Assembly: GCA_050302075.1 (NCBI GenBank)
Contig: JBNLAH010000003.1
Span: 4,484-68,483, forward strand
Reading direction: 5' to 3'
From: Parachlamydiales bacterium
GTDB taxonomy: Bacteria > Chlamydiota > Chlamydiia > Chlamydiales > SM23-39
Length of the DNA: 64,000 bases
Both the position numbers and the translations under genes were made by a program. The first letter of the stretch is position 1. The number at the start of each line of letters is the position of its first letter. Below, piece after piece: positions 9,957-19,973 of this stretch. The notes below the pieces were generated by a model. The model was given only the letters and a program-made list of their open reading frames with translations, was not told where the DNA came from and did no database searches.

Positions 9957-11197
9957 ATAGTCTCTTTTAAAGAAGGAAAAATTAAGTCATTTAGAATTTC
10001 ATCACAAAATGCCTTGATCATCATTTGCTTTGCCTTTTCTTCTGTAATGCCTCGAGATCTTAAATAAAACATTTCTGTGTCAGAAAGCTTTCCAAACGTG
10101 GCCCCATGAGAAGCCTTAACATCATCTGCAAAAATCTCTAAGTTAGGTTTTGAGTACGCAGAAGCTCCATCATTTAATATTAAATTTTTATTCAATTGAT
10201 AAGCTTCTGTTTTTTGGGCGATGTCCTCGACGTATATCTTCCCTTCAAAACTTGATTTAGAGTTATCATCAAGTACACATTTAAATAACTGTGAAGATGT
10301 ACAATCAGGAGCTAAATGCTCAATTAAAACATTTGTATGTGCATTTTTTTCTTCTTTCAGATAATTAAGACCTTTTAGGCTTGCTTTTGAATTTTTTTCA
10401 GTTAACGATACTCTATAATCTCTTCTAATAGTTTTTGAGCCTTTTGAAAAATCTACACAATTAACTTCAGCTCTACTTTTCACAAGAAACCTGTAATCGG
10501 CCAAATACCAGTAATCATTTGCGACCTCAGATATCTCATTCAAAGTTAATTTAGCTCCTTTTTCAACTACATAGTCCATATAGGGCATACAAAGATGTCT
10601 TTGGGCTTGCAGTTGATTAGTTGTATGAATAATGGAAATTTCAGCATTCTTACCAATATATGCATGAACTCTAGGGAATGAAATCGACGGGCCATTATCA
10701 AAATTATCGGTCAAATTAATAATCTGCAAAGGTTTGGTAATTTTTATATCTTTTGGCAAGTAGATAAAAATCCCATTTTCATGGAAACTTGCATTTAGCA
10801 AGGCGAATGGATTTGTTTCATTTTTTAAATTGATTTGAAGCCTATTTTGCAAGAATATTGCGTAATCACTCATTGCCCCATTAAGTGAATTTATAGATAT
10901 TCGAGAATCCCATTTACTTAAAGCAGGATCAAACTTACCATTTACAAGCACTAAGTAAGAATCTTCTAAGCCATCAATTATATATTTTTCAATTTCTTGT
11001 TTTTGCAAGCTTTTACAAACTGCCATTTCAAAATCATGTGCATATAATTTTGCAAGTGGTATGTACCTAAAGGCCTCATTTTTACGGCTTGGTGATCCTA
11101 AGTTCCTAAATGAATCAAAAGCTTTTTTTCTAAATGACATTCGGAGATCATTTGGAATCAATTCCTCTTTTAGAAATTCAAATGCTATATCACTCAT
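9950..11197 (-). CDS. sufD: Fe-S cluster assembly protein SufD
   Basis: 415 aa. SufB/SufD beta-helix family (C-terminal ASHGATFGKLSDTEMFYLRSRGI). Position between sufC and sufS. Confidence 0.8.
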   Translation of the reverse strand: MSDIAFEFLKEELIPNDLRMSFRKKAFDSFRNLGSPSRKNEAFRYIPLAKLYAHDFEMAVCKSLQKQEIEKYIIDGLEDSYLVLVNGKFDPALSKWDSRISINSLNGAMSDYAIFLQNRLQINLKNETNPFALLNASFHENGIFIYLPKDIKITKPLQIINLTDNFDNGPSISFPRVHAYIGKNAEISIIHTTNQLQAQRHLCMPYMDYVVEKGAKLTLNEISEVANDYWYLADYRFLVKSRAEVNCVDFSKGSKTIRRDYRVSLTEKNSKASLKGLNYLKEEKNAHTNVLIEHLAPDCTSSQLFKCVLDDNSKSSFEGKIYVEDIAQKTEAYQLNKNLILNDGASAYSKPNLEIFADDVKASHGATFGKLSDTEMFYLRSRGITEEKAKQMMIKAFCDEILNDLIFPSLKETIC

Positions 11198-11943
11198 GCA
11201 TATGCCTCTTGAGATACCCAGTCATAGCCTTTCTCTTCTAGTTTTTTTGCTAGTTTATAGTCCCCAGACATAACAATCTTACCGTCCATCATAACATGCA
11301 CAAAATCAGGTACAATATATTCTAATAGCCTCTGATAATGTGTTATCAACAAAAGTCCATTATCATTTGAGCGAAAGTTATTTACTCCATTAGCTACAAT
11401 TTTCATAGCATCAATATCCAATCCTGAATCCGTTTCATCTAAAACTGCAAGAGTTGGATTCAACAAAGACATTTGTAAAATCTCAGATCTTTTTTTCTCT
11501 CCACCAGAAAATCCATCATTTACAGAACGATTAATGAAATCATCCGTAATTTGAAGTTGACTAGATTTGATTTTTAAAAGTTTCTCGAAATCCTCTTTTG
11601 AAATTTCTTTTTGATCATTTGCTTTTAAGTGACTTTGGTAAGCCTCATACAAAAATTGGTATGTTGATACTCCAGGTATTTCTACTGGATATTGGAAACT
11701 CATGAAAAGACCTAAATGAGATCTTTCCTCCGGCTCTAATTCTAAAATATTTTGTCCCTTAAAAAACACATTCCCGCTTACTTCATAAGATGGGTGACCA
11801 GCTAAAATTTTTGCCAAAGTAGATTTTCCAGCTCCATTAGGCCCCATAATCGCATGTACTTCTCCTTTTTGGATTGATAAAGCAAAATCCTTCAAAATAT
11901 GCTTTTCTTCAATATAGGCATTTAACTCAGTAATTTCTAACAT
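11194..11943 (-). CDS. sufC: Fe-S cluster assembly ATPase SufC
   Basis: Walker A GPNGAGKST, signature FSGGEKKR, Walker B LAVLDETDSGLD. I place the start at the ATG at 11943, which overlaps the sufB TGA (TGATG). The 30 extra codons in the ORF track overlap sufB and look spurious. Confidence 0.9.
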   Translation of the reverse strand: MLEITELNAYIEEKHILKDFALSIQKGEVHAIMGPNGAGKSTLAKILAGHPSYEVSGNVFFKGQNILELEPEERSHLGLFMSFQYPVEIPGVSTYQFLYEAYQSHLKANDQKEISKEDFEKLLKIKSSQLQITDDFINRSVNDGFSGGEKKRSEILQMSLLNPTLAVLDETDSGLDIDAMKIVANGVNNFRSNDNGLLLITHYQRLLEYIVPDFVHVMMDGKIVMSGDYKLAKKLEEKGYDWVSQEAYA

Positions 11944-13433
11944 CAGCCAACCGACCCCTCTAATTTTAGTGTTAATAGTTTTTGAGCCTCTGTTGCAAAC
12001 TCTAAAGGAAGCTCTTTTATAACTTCTTTGCAAAATCCATTCACAATCATATTGATAGCATCTTCGAGTGAAATCCCCCTGCTTTGCAGATAAAATAGCT
12101 GCTCTTCATTCATTTTCGAAGTAGATGCCTCATGCTCAACTTGAGCCGAGCTATTTTCTACTTCAATATATGGGAAAGTGTTAGCCGAGCAAGTATTTCC
12201 AACTAGCATAGAATCACATTGAGTAAAATTTCTTGAATTTTCAGCTTTCTTTGAAATTTTAACTAATCCTCTATAGCTATTATGAGAAGTATCTGCAGAA
12301 ATCCCCTTCGATATAATTGTTGACTTAGTATTCTTACCGATATGAATCATTTTAGTTCCTGTATCAGCTTGCATTTTTCCATTTGTAAGCGCAACGGAAT
12401 AAAACTCCCCTACAGAATTGTCCCCTTTTAATATACAGCTTGGATATTTCCAAGTTATTGCAGCTCCTGCCTCAACTTGTGTCCACGAAATTTTTGAACT
12501 CTCTCCTTTGCAAAGGCCTCTTTTAGTAACAAAATTATAAACTCCACCTAGGCCAGTCTCAGGATCTCCTGAATACCAATTTTGGACAGTTGAATATTTA
12601 ATTTCCGCTCGATCTTTAGCTATCAGTTCAACCACTGCTGCGTGGAGTTGGTTAGTGTCATATGCAGGAGCCGTACATCCTTCCAAGTAACTTACATAAG
12701 AGTCATCTTCTGCTATAATTAATGTTCTTTCAAATTGTCCTGTTTCTTTTTCATTGATCCTAAAATACGTAGAAAGCTCCACTGGACAACGAACTTTTTT
12801 TGGAACGTACACAAAAGAACCGTCAGAGAAAACAGCTGAATTAAGTGCTGTAAAAAAGTTATCACCTATAGGGACGACACTTCCTATGTACTGCTTTACT
12901 AAATCAGGATATTTTTGCAATGCTTCTGAAATTGAACATAGTACCACTCCAGCTTCCTCAAGTGTTTTTTGGAATGTAGTTCCAATTGAAACTGAGTCAA
13001 AAACGACATCAACTGCAACATTTGTAAGTCTTTTTTGCTCTTCTAGAGGAATGCCCAATTTGTTGAAAGTGCGCAAAAGTTCAGGATCAACCTGATCTAA
13101 ACTTTCTAACCTTGGCTTTGACTTTGGCTCTGAGTAGTAAGAAATGTCTTGATAGTTTATCAATGGATATTTGACATTTGGCCATGTAGGCTCTTTCATC
13201 TCCTTCCATTTTTTGTAGGCTTTTAGCCGAAAATCAAGCATGAAATCAGGCTCATTTTTCTTAGCTGAAATAGCTTTTATAACATCCTCATTGAGTCCTT
13301 TTTCAAATTTATCAGATTCAATTGGTGTTACAAATCCATATTTGTATTCTCGATGATTAAAAGAATTGTCTGTAGGCATTTCTTCCCTTGAATTTTGAGA
13401 TAATATTTTATCTATTTTATTCGCAGCTGTCAA
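11943..13433 (-). CDS. sufB: Fe-S cluster assembly scaffold SufB
   Basis: 496 aa. Highly characteristic SufB segments ([39 protein letters not shown]). The start codon is uncertain: TTG at 13433, or an internal Met. Confidence 0.9.
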   Translation of the reverse strand: MTAANKIDKILSQNSREEMPTDNSFNHREYKYGFVTPIESDKFEKGLNEDVIKAISAKKNEPDFMLDFRLKAYKKWKEMKEPTWPNVKYPLINYQDISYYSEPKSKPRLESLDQVDPELLRTFNKLGIPLEEQKRLTNVAVDVVFDSVSIGTTFQKTLEEAGVVLCSISEALQKYPDLVKQYIGSVVPIGDNFFTALNSAVFSDGSFVYVPKKVRCPVELSTYFRINEKETGQFERTLIIAEDDSYVSYLEGCTAPAYDTNQLHAAVVELIAKDRAEIKYSTVQNWYSGDPETGLGGVYNFVTKRGLCKGESSKISWTQVEAGAAITWKYPSCILKGDNSVGEFYSVALTNGKMQADTGTKMIHIGKNTKSTIISKGISADTSHNSYRGLVKISKKAENSRNFTQCDSMLVGNTCSANTFPYIEVENSSAQVEHEASTSKMNEEQLFYLQSRGISLEDAINMIVNGFCKEVIKELPLEFATEAQKLLTLKLEGSVG

Positions 13434-13496
13434 ACATCGTAATTCATTTTTTTTTAGTGTTATTATAATTTAAAGTTAAAAATAGGACTGAAAATT

Positions 13497-13763
13497 ATGC
13501 AAATATCTCAAGCAAAGACACTAAAGTTAATTGAATCTATCACATGTATAATGCATGCTTTAAATGACCATGACCAAAAAAGGATGAATACTGAAATTAA
13601 AAAATTAAAAAAAGCTTCGTCAACTCTTCCCTTAAAGCTTAAAGACGATATACAAAATTTTATTGTACAAGCTGACATTCAAAAGGACTATGACATGGGT
13701 CATGGAGTTACCAAAAAATTAAAGCAACTAGCTGACAAATTAGTTTATGACTTAAAAAATTAA
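13497..13763 (+). CDS. Hypothetical small Lys-rich protein
   Basis: 88-aa ORF in a gap between the suf and rfb genes. No recognisable motif. Confidence 0.35.
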   Translation: MQISQAKTLKLIESITCIMHALNDHDQKRMNTEIKKLKKASSTLPLKLKDDIQNFIVQADIQKDYDMGHGVTKKLKQLADKLVYDLKN

Positions 13764-13831
13764 GCAAATAAACTTTTTTTTTATCTAAAAAACGCTAAAA
13801 TGTAAAAAAAAGATATCGGAGATATAATATA

Positions 13832-14089
13832 ATGGCCTTCTCAAAAAAAAATAAGACATATTTGGACAAGGAAGTTCCTGTAGGAGAAAAAGGTAAAAAA
13901 TATGTTGACGAACTAAAGAACATACGAGATGACTTGGAAAATTTAAAAAAGTTAACAGAACAGGTCAAATCATCTAAAGGCGTCTCATTAGAGACAATGG
14001 ATGAGCTCAATAAGTCAATTAAAAAACTAAGAGAAGACACTCAACAGCTTAATAAAGACTTTCCTGATTTAGGTTTTAAAATCGACTAA
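13832..14089 (+). CDS. Hypothetical small coiled-coil protein
   Basis: 85-aa charged helical ORF. Its 3' end overlaps the convergent rfbB by about 20 nt. Confidence 0.35.
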   Translation: MAFSKKNKTYLDKEVPVGEKGKKYVDELKNIRDDLENLKKLTEQVKSSKGVSLETMDELNKSIKKLREDTQQLNKDFPDLGFKID

Positions 14090-15079
14090 GCACTTTTTGT
14101 TTAGTATGAAGTTAATTGTCATTTCAAGGGCTTTATCTAGAGAATACTTTGTAGAAAATCCAAGGGCTTTTATTTTTGTACAATCTAAAAAATAACGAAA
14201 ATCATGCCCAGGACGATCTGCCACAAAACGAATAAGATCGATACATTCTACAACATTTTCATTTGTTATAGTGCAGTATTTCTCTATGATCTTTTGAACC
14301 ATTTCAAGATTGCTCATCTCAACACCTGAACCGATATTGTAAGACTCACCTTTTTTGCCATATTTTAAAATGATGAGAAGAGCCCTTGAGTGATCGTCGA
14401 CAAAAATCCATTCTCTAGAGTTTTCCCCTACTCCATAAATAGGCAAATGCTTCTTGTCTATTAAATTTTCTATTATTTTAGGGATTAGTTTTTCTTTGTG
14501 CTGTCTTGGCCCATAATTATTGCAACAATTGGAAATTGTAGCAGATATCTTATAAGTTTTAATATAAGCCCTGACTAAGTGATCAGAGCTAGCTTTGCTT
14601 GCCGCATACGGTGAGTTTGGTTTATAGGGGGACTCTTCTGTGAAGCTCCCTTCACTACCTAATTCACCAAATACCTCATCAGTTGATATATGATGAAAAT
14701 GGATATGTGGATTATTTTTTACAACTTCTAAAAGTGCCAGCGTCCCGATAACATTAGAAACCATAAAAGGCATAGAGTCTTTAATACTGTTGTCAACATG
14801 TGTCTCTGCCGCAAAGTGCACAATTAAATCAACTTTATGATCAATACATATTTTTTCTATTATTTCTTTACTCTGAATATCTTCTTTATAAAATATGTAT
14901 CTAGGATGATCAGAAACATCTTCAAGGTTTTCTAAACTAGCCGCATAATTTAAACTATCTACATTAACAATAGTGCCTTGAAAATCTTCTTTTGCCAGTA
15001 AATATAAAATAAAGTTAGAGCCAATAAACCCAGCTCCACCTGTCACCAGTACATTTGATTTGTTATTAATGAATGCCAT
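14069..15079 (-). CDS. rfbB: dTDP-glucose 4,6-dehydratase
   Basis: 336 aa. VTGGAGFIGSNF Rossmann motif, catalytic YAASKASSDH (YxxxK), and the HISTDEVFG motif typical of RmlB. Confidence 0.9.
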   Translation of the reverse strand: MAFINNKSNVLVTGGAGFIGSNFILYLLAKEDFQGTIVNVDSLNYAASLENLEDVSDHPRYIFYKEDIQSKEIIEKICIDHKVDLIVHFAAETHVDNSIKDSMPFMVSNVIGTLALLEVVKNNPHIHFHHISTDEVFGELGSEGSFTEESPYKPNSPYAASKASSDHLVRAYIKTYKISATISNCCNNYGPRQHKEKLIPKIIENLIDKKHLPIYGVGENSREWIFVDDHSRALLIILKYGKKGESYNIGSGVEMSNLEMVQKIIEKYCTITNENVVECIDLIRFVADRPGHDFRYFLDCTKIKALGFSTKYSLDKALEMTINFILNKKCLVDFKT

Positions 15080-15929
15080 ACTCTTCTGAGAAATACTCTC
15101 TAAGTCCTTCAGTAAAAGATCTAATTTTAGTTTTGTTTAGGTTAATAAATTTATCAGTATTCAAAACCGAATATTTTGGCCTTTCAGCTGCAGTTTCGAA
15201 TTGATCTGATAACACAGCTCTTATATTTTTGCATTTTAGTTCTTGTCCACTAGTTTTTAAGTTTTTAAAAATCTCAAGTGCAAAATCATGCCAGCTTATT
15301 ACTCCATCATTTGCAAAATGAAAGACCCCATTTTTATCTAAAAGATCAATAGTTGCCAATGATAAATCGGCACAAAAAGTAGCTTTCCCTATCTGATCTT
15401 TTATGACTGAAATTTCTTTTTTTTCTTTCATCAAAGCCACCATCTTTGATGGAAAATTAGCTTTCTTAAGGCCAAAAAGCCACGAAGTCCTAATGATTAA
15501 GCAATCGGACAAAGTACTTTTAGCAGCTTTTTCTGACATATATTTGGTATATCCATAGTAGTTAATTGGGTTGCACTCATCTATTTCTAAATAAGGGTCT
15601 TTTTTTCTACCGTCAAATACATAATCACTAGAGTAATGTACCAGCTTAGCTTTCTTTTTTTTTGCAATAGCCGCGAGATTCTCTACGCCTCTCACATTAA
15701 TTGCAAAAGCAAGCTCCTTTTCAGTTTCTGCCTTTTCAACATCTGTATAAGCAGCACAGTTAATGATATGCGTTATTCGAAGGTCATTAACAAAAGTTTC
15801 TATGTCAGAAATATTTAAAATGTCAACTTGGTCTTTAGATGTTGAAATGTATTTGATTTTTTTGCTTTCCAAACTGGCCGCGACGGCTCTTCCTAACATG
15901 CCATATTTTGATACAACCCAAACAAGCAT
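15066..15929 (-). CDS. rfbD: dTDP-4-dehydrorhamnose reductase
   Basis: 287 aa. RmlD-type: INCAAYTDVEKAE, HYSSDYVFDG, YGYTKYMSE. Overlaps rfbB by 14 nt. Confidence 0.85.
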   Translation of the reverse strand: MLVWVVSKYGMLGRAVAASLESKKIKYISTSKDQVDILNISDIETFVNDLRITHIINCAAYTDVEKAETEKELAFAINVRGVENLAAIAKKKKAKLVHYSSDYVFDGRKKDPYLEIDECNPINYYGYTKYMSEKAAKSTLSDCLIIRTSWLFGLKKANFPSKMVALMKEKKEISVIKDQIGKATFCADLSLATIDLLDKNGVFHFANDGVISWHDFALEIFKNLKTSGQELKCKNIRAVLSDQFETAAERPKYSVLNTDKFINLNKTKIRSFTEGLREYFSEEYGIH

Positions 15930-16475
15930 TTAAAACCACTTACTAAAATCAATTTCATCAAATGAACAATTATTTTGGTCTTTTTCAGATATAATTGGGT
16001 CCTTTACAGGCCATTGAATTCCTATCTTTGGGTCATTATATTTAAAACCAACTTCTTTATCAGAAAGATATACATTACTTACTTTATATGCCACATATGC
16101 ACTGTCACTTAAAACACAATAGCCATGCGCAAAACCATGAGGGATAAAAAATTGATGGCGATTTTTATCATTTAAAACTTCAGCATGATATTTCCCAAAA
16201 GTAGGAGAATTAGGTCTAATGTCTACAGCAACATCTAAAATCTCCCCTTGTACAACATAAATAAGTTTATCCTGTCCAGGCTCAGTCTGAAAGTGCATTC
16301 CACGAATTACCTTGCTATGGGAAAAAACTAGATTGTCCTGAAGAAAATCCACATCTATACCTAGTTCTTTATAAAATGATTTTCGGTAACTTTCCAAGAA
16401 AAAGCCTCTAGAATCCTCAAAAACTTTTGATTTTAAGAGCTTTAAGCCATCTAACGCAAATTCAATCGTATCCAT
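15930..16475 (-). CDS. rfbC: dTDP-4-dehydrorhamnose 3,5-epimerase
   Basis: RmlC cupin motifs: FEDSRGFFLESY, RGMHFQ, IPHGFAHGY. I place the start at the Met beginning MDTIEF (16475); the ORF track extends to 16508. Confidence 0.9.
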   Translation of the reverse strand: MDTIEFALDGLKLLKSKVFEDSRGFFLESYRKSFYKELGIDVDFLQDNLVFSHSKVIRGMHFQTEPGQDKLIYVVQGEILDVAVDIRPNSPTFGKYHAEVLNDKNRHQFFIPHGFAHGYCVLSDSAYVAYKVSNVYLSDKEVGFKYNDPKIGIQWPVKDPIISEKDQNNCSFDEIDFSKWF

Positions 16476-16792
16476 AATCCCTACTTTTAAAAAAACCATA
16501 TTAAACAAGCAAAAATATTAGACAAGATTATTTTAATATTGCTTTAAAATTTAACACCTCAAATAAAAATTTGATCACCACTAACTAATTGAAATATAAG
16601 GCTTTAATAAAAAACACTATGTAAATGCCAGGTCTACGCATTAAAAATTTTTTTTAAATTAAACTTAATTACTTGTTTTCAATATGTTAAAAATATTTTT
16701 TTATTAAAATTTATTTTATTGGTGTTTTTAATTATCAATACAGTTAAAATTATTAATTAATAATTTAATCTAAATTAAAAATATTTAAATTA

Positions 16793-17653
16793 ATGATAAT
16801 TTCATCAAAGTCATTTAAAAGCCCTCTTCCTTTTGATTATTATCAAATTGGATTTAGTAACCAGGTTGGTAAAACCTTGTTTCAAAAAATTTATACTGTA
16901 TCAATCGAGGTGTTTCAAAATATCTACTATATAATATTTAACTCAGTAGCTTTACTAGCAAACACCCTGAAGCTTTATAAATTCAAAAAAAGGGAAATAT
17001 ATAGGCCCACAAAAAAACAGTTCTTTAATTTTGCTTTTAACTATGCCCGCTATATGCTCTGGGCTATCAAAGTATATGGGCCAAATAAAGATTATTATAA
17101 GATACAAACCATTAGAACTACCCTAAATTATTTCCTTTCGGGAATGGGAGTTTTTTTTAATTTTAAAGAATATATCAACAATCCAACAATTATACAAAAG
17201 AAGCTTGTAAGAAATCTCTTCTTTAATAAGATACTAATAGTTTCTACATTAATTAAGCTGAGACAAACAGTTAGAATAGTAAGAAATTCTGTTAAGTCTT
17301 TAAAAGACTGTAGAAAAATTTATCACAAAAAACCAGAAGATGCTATGAAGTATTCTTTTGTACACATTTCTAATATTGCTTTTTCTACTCTTAGATTATG
17401 TAGAAGTGTTGTTTACGATTATAATGCACTTACAGGACGTAACATAAAGCTTTTCAGATTTGATAATAGCATTATAAATTTGGGAGGAATTAGTAATATA
17501 TTTAAACAGCTTGCACTTCCGTTTAAAAAGGAAGCCTCAAATACACAAAGGGATTTGCTAATTTTATCTTTGGTCACAGTATTTTCATGTTTGGCCCTAC
17601 TAAAACATGAGATTAAACAAAGAAAGCCTCAACAGCTTCCCCCAGAAGACTAA
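16793..17653 (+). CDS. Hypothetical membrane protein
   Basis: 286-aa ORF after a very AT-rich 285-bp gap. Several hydrophobic segments. No recognisable family. Confidence 0.35.
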   Translation: MIISSKSFKSPLPFDYYQIGFSNQVGKTLFQKIYTVSIEVFQNIYYIIFNSVALLANTLKLYKFKKREIYRPTKKQFFNFAFNYARYMLWAIKVYGPNKDYYKIQTIRTTLNYFLSGMGVFFNFKEYINNPTIIQKKLVRNLFFNKILIVSTLIKLRQTVRIVRNSVKSLKDCRKIYHKKPEDAMKYSFVHISNIAFSTLRLCRSVVYDYNALTGRNIKLFRFDNSIINLGGISNIFKQLALPFKKEASNTQRDLLILSLVTVFSCLALLKHEIKQRKPQQLPPED

Positions 17654-17678
17654 AAAATTTATCCACAAATAATGGTGC

Positions 17679-18422
17679 TTATCTCAAGTAAGCTACTGTC
17701 GCATTTCTACCAGTTTTTTTATCGCTCCTATAAGAAAAATAGTCATTTAAGTTACAAGCGTTGCAGATGTCTGAAAGTTCAATATTTTGCTCTAGAATCC
17801 CTAGAGATAATAAATCGCTTTTAGCCATAGCTGAAAAATCAAAATGGTTCTCTTTTACTTGAAACGAAAAATATTTTTCCGGTAGATGCTTTTCATAATC
17901 TTTGAACTCGAAATGGTCTGAACAAAGGCATGGAGATATGCACACAATTAAATCTTCTGCTTTGCAACTTTCCTCTCGCTTCAATCCCTCAACACATACT
18001 TGATAAATATTATTAACTAATCCTCTCCAACCTGCATGGACAAGGGCCAAAACTTTTTTGTTTGGGTCAAATATGACTGCAGCTTGACAGTCAGCATGAG
18101 TAATAGCTAGCGCTATATTTCTTTTAGTTGTGAATAAGATATCAGCGCTAATACCATTCTCATTCCCCTCAACTCTTTTCATCTCAGTTGAATGCGTTTG
18201 ATTCGCAAACACTATCTTAGGGACTTCCATAATATCTTTTATTAGTTCTCTATTTGACTTAACATTTTCAGAATGATCTCCCACATTATCTGCAGCATTC
18301 AAAGAAAAAAAAGGGCCCTTTGAAGTTCCCCCGTGTCTGGTAAAGACCTTTGCATCAACATCAGGATGCCCTAACAAAAGATCAAATTCTAACCATTCAA
18401 TTTTATGACTTTCAGCTTCCAT
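17679..18422 (-). CDS. pgeF: YfiH/PgeF family (DUF152, laccase-domain) protein
   Basis: 247 aa. Conserved THADCQAAVIFDP and VHAGWRG motifs of the YfiH/PgeF family. Confidence 0.8.
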   Translation of the reverse strand: MEAESHKIEWLEFDLLLGHPDVDAKVFTRHGGTSKGPFFSLNAADNVGDHSENVKSNRELIKDIMEVPKIVFANQTHSTEMKRVEGNENGISADILFTTKRNIALAITHADCQAAVIFDPNKKVLALVHAGWRGLVNNIYQVCVEGLKREESCKAEDLIVCISPCLCSDHFEFKDYEKHLPEKYFSFQVKENHFDFSAMAKSDLLSLGILEQNIELSDICNACNLNDYFSYRSDKKTGRNATVAYLR

Positions 18423-18545
18423 ATATTTTTTTCTTACGTTTTTTTATTCAAACTCTCATTTTTAAAAATTAATATCAATAACTAGCTTTTTAGCTATTGC
18501 ATCTATTGAGTACTTTTTTTAAGAAGTAATTTAAAGGGGATATTT

Positions 18546-19973
18546 ATGCAAAGCATCTTAGAAAACAAATGCTTAGGATCATTTATTGATAATAACTTTG
18601 TCTGCGACAAGAAGATAAAAGCCTTTTCCTGTAAATCTGTTGTCACAGATGAAGTATGGATGAAATTATGCCCGGTTACAGAAAATCAAATCCAAAGAGC
18701 TATCAAAAGCTCTTATAAATGCTTTAATGACCTGAAAAAATTAAGTCATTACCATCGAAGAGACCTCTTGAACAAGGTAGCTGATATTATCGATTTGAAT
18801 AAAGATATCATAGCAAGAGTTATTTCATCTGAGATGGGAAAAACATATAAAGAGTCTATTGATGAAATAAATTACGCTAATGAATATTTTAGGTGGTTTT
18901 CCTCAGAATCTATAAGCAGATCCGGGTATTGTTTACCATCCGAAAATCCCAATAAAAGAATTTCAGCAATTTATGAACCTATCGGAGTCTGTGGGATTAT
19001 CACTCCTTGGAACTTCCCGATTGCTATGGCCGCTAGAAAAATTGCACCGGCTATTGCTGCTGGGTGTACAGTTTTAGTCAAGCCGGCCAGTGAAACTCCT
19101 ATTACTATGTTGCTTGTAGCTGAAGCATTTAGAAAAGCTGGAATAGCACCAGGGGCTTTGCAAGTTTTAATTGGAGATGAAAAAGTAATTGGTGAATCTC
19201 TTTTAAACTCTAAATACATCAAAAAAATTAGCTTCACAGGCAGCTCTAAGACGGGAAAAATGTTATATCAAAGCCTTGCTAAAAACCTCAAAGTTGCAAC
19301 AATGGAACTCGGAGGAAATGCTCCTCTTATCATAACAAATGACGCAGAAATTGATACATCGGTCAATGAAACTATAAAAGCAAAGTTGAGAAACCTAGGA
19401 CAGTCATGCGTTGCGGCAAATCGAATTTTTGTTCAAAAAAATATCAAAATGTTGTTTCTAAAAAAACTAAAAGAAAAAGTCAAAAAACTACAAACTGGCA
19501 ACCCTTTTTCTAAAGATGTAGATTTAACTAACATCCTACACCCAAAATCACTTAAGAAAATGCAAAGACACATAGACGATGCTCTGAAAAAGGGTGCAAA
19601 AATCCAGCTCAAAGGAAAAACCTTAGCGCATCCCTATATTCTAGATAACTGCACGGAACGTATGGATCTTTTTTCAGAAGAAACCTTTGGCCCTCTATTT
19701 GCTATCTTCGAATTTGAAACAGACTTTGAGGCTGTTGAATATGCAAATAAAAGTGAATATGGCCTAGCTGCTTATGTATTTACAAGGGACTTAAAAAGGG
19801 CTTATCTTTTTGCAGAAAATTTACAATGCGGAATGGTTGGAATTAACGATGGAGAATTCAGCAGTCACCAACTCCCATTTGGTGGAATTAAAAACTCAGG
19901 ATTTGGAAGAGAAGGAGGTCCCTTTGGGATTTTTGAATACCTGACAGAAAAAGCTATTTCGACAAAGCTATAG
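18546..19973 (+). CDS. NAD(P)-dependent aldehyde dehydrogenase (succinate-semialdehyde dehydrogenase-like)
   Basis: 475 aa. ALDH motifs MELGGNAP, GQSCVAANRIFV (catalytic Cys), EETFGP, and FGGIKNSGFGREGG. Confidence 0.8.
   Translation: MQSILENKCLGSFIDNNFVCDKKIKAFSCKSVVTDEVWMKLCPVTENQIQRAIKSSYKCFNDLKKLSHYHRRDLLNKVADIIDLNKDIIARVISSEMGKTYKESIDEINYANEYFRWFSSESISRSGYCLPSENPNKRISAIYEPIGVCGIITPWNFPIAMAARKIAPAIAAGCTVLVKPASETPITMLLVAEAFRKAGIAPGALQVLIGDEKVIGESLLNSKYIKKISFTGSSKTGKMLYQSLAKNLKVATMELGGNAPLIITNDAEIDTSVNETIKAKLRNLGQSCVAANRIFVQKNIKMLFLKKLKEKVKKLQTGNPFSKDVDLTNILHPKSLKKMQRHIDDALKKGAKIQLKGKTLAHPYILDNCTERMDLFSEETFGPLFAIFEFETDFEAVEYANKSEYGLAAYVFTRDLKRAYLFAENLQCGMVGINDGEFSSHQLPFGGIKNSGFGREGGPFGIFEYLTEKAISTKL

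Noticed and set aside
11944-12033. N-terminal 30-codon extension of the sufC ORF in the track.
   Set aside because: It overlaps the 3' end of sufB. The ATG at 11943 forms a TGATG coupling junction and gives the canonical SufC N-terminus (MLEITELN...).
13497-14089. Two small Lys-rich helical ORFs, considered as chlamydial histone-like (Hc1/Hc2) candidates.
   Set aside because: They lack the Ala/Lys-rich C-terminal tail repeats typical of Hc1/Hc2. The similarity is only compositional. I kept them as low-confidence hypothetical CDSs.
16509-16792. 285-bp extremely AT-rich gap between rfbC and the next gene, considered as a possible sRNA, origin or repeat element.
   Set aside because: It is only a divergent promoter-type spacer. 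I could find no DnaA-box-like repeats, stable hairpin or conserved motif, and nothing can be supported without comparative or expression data.
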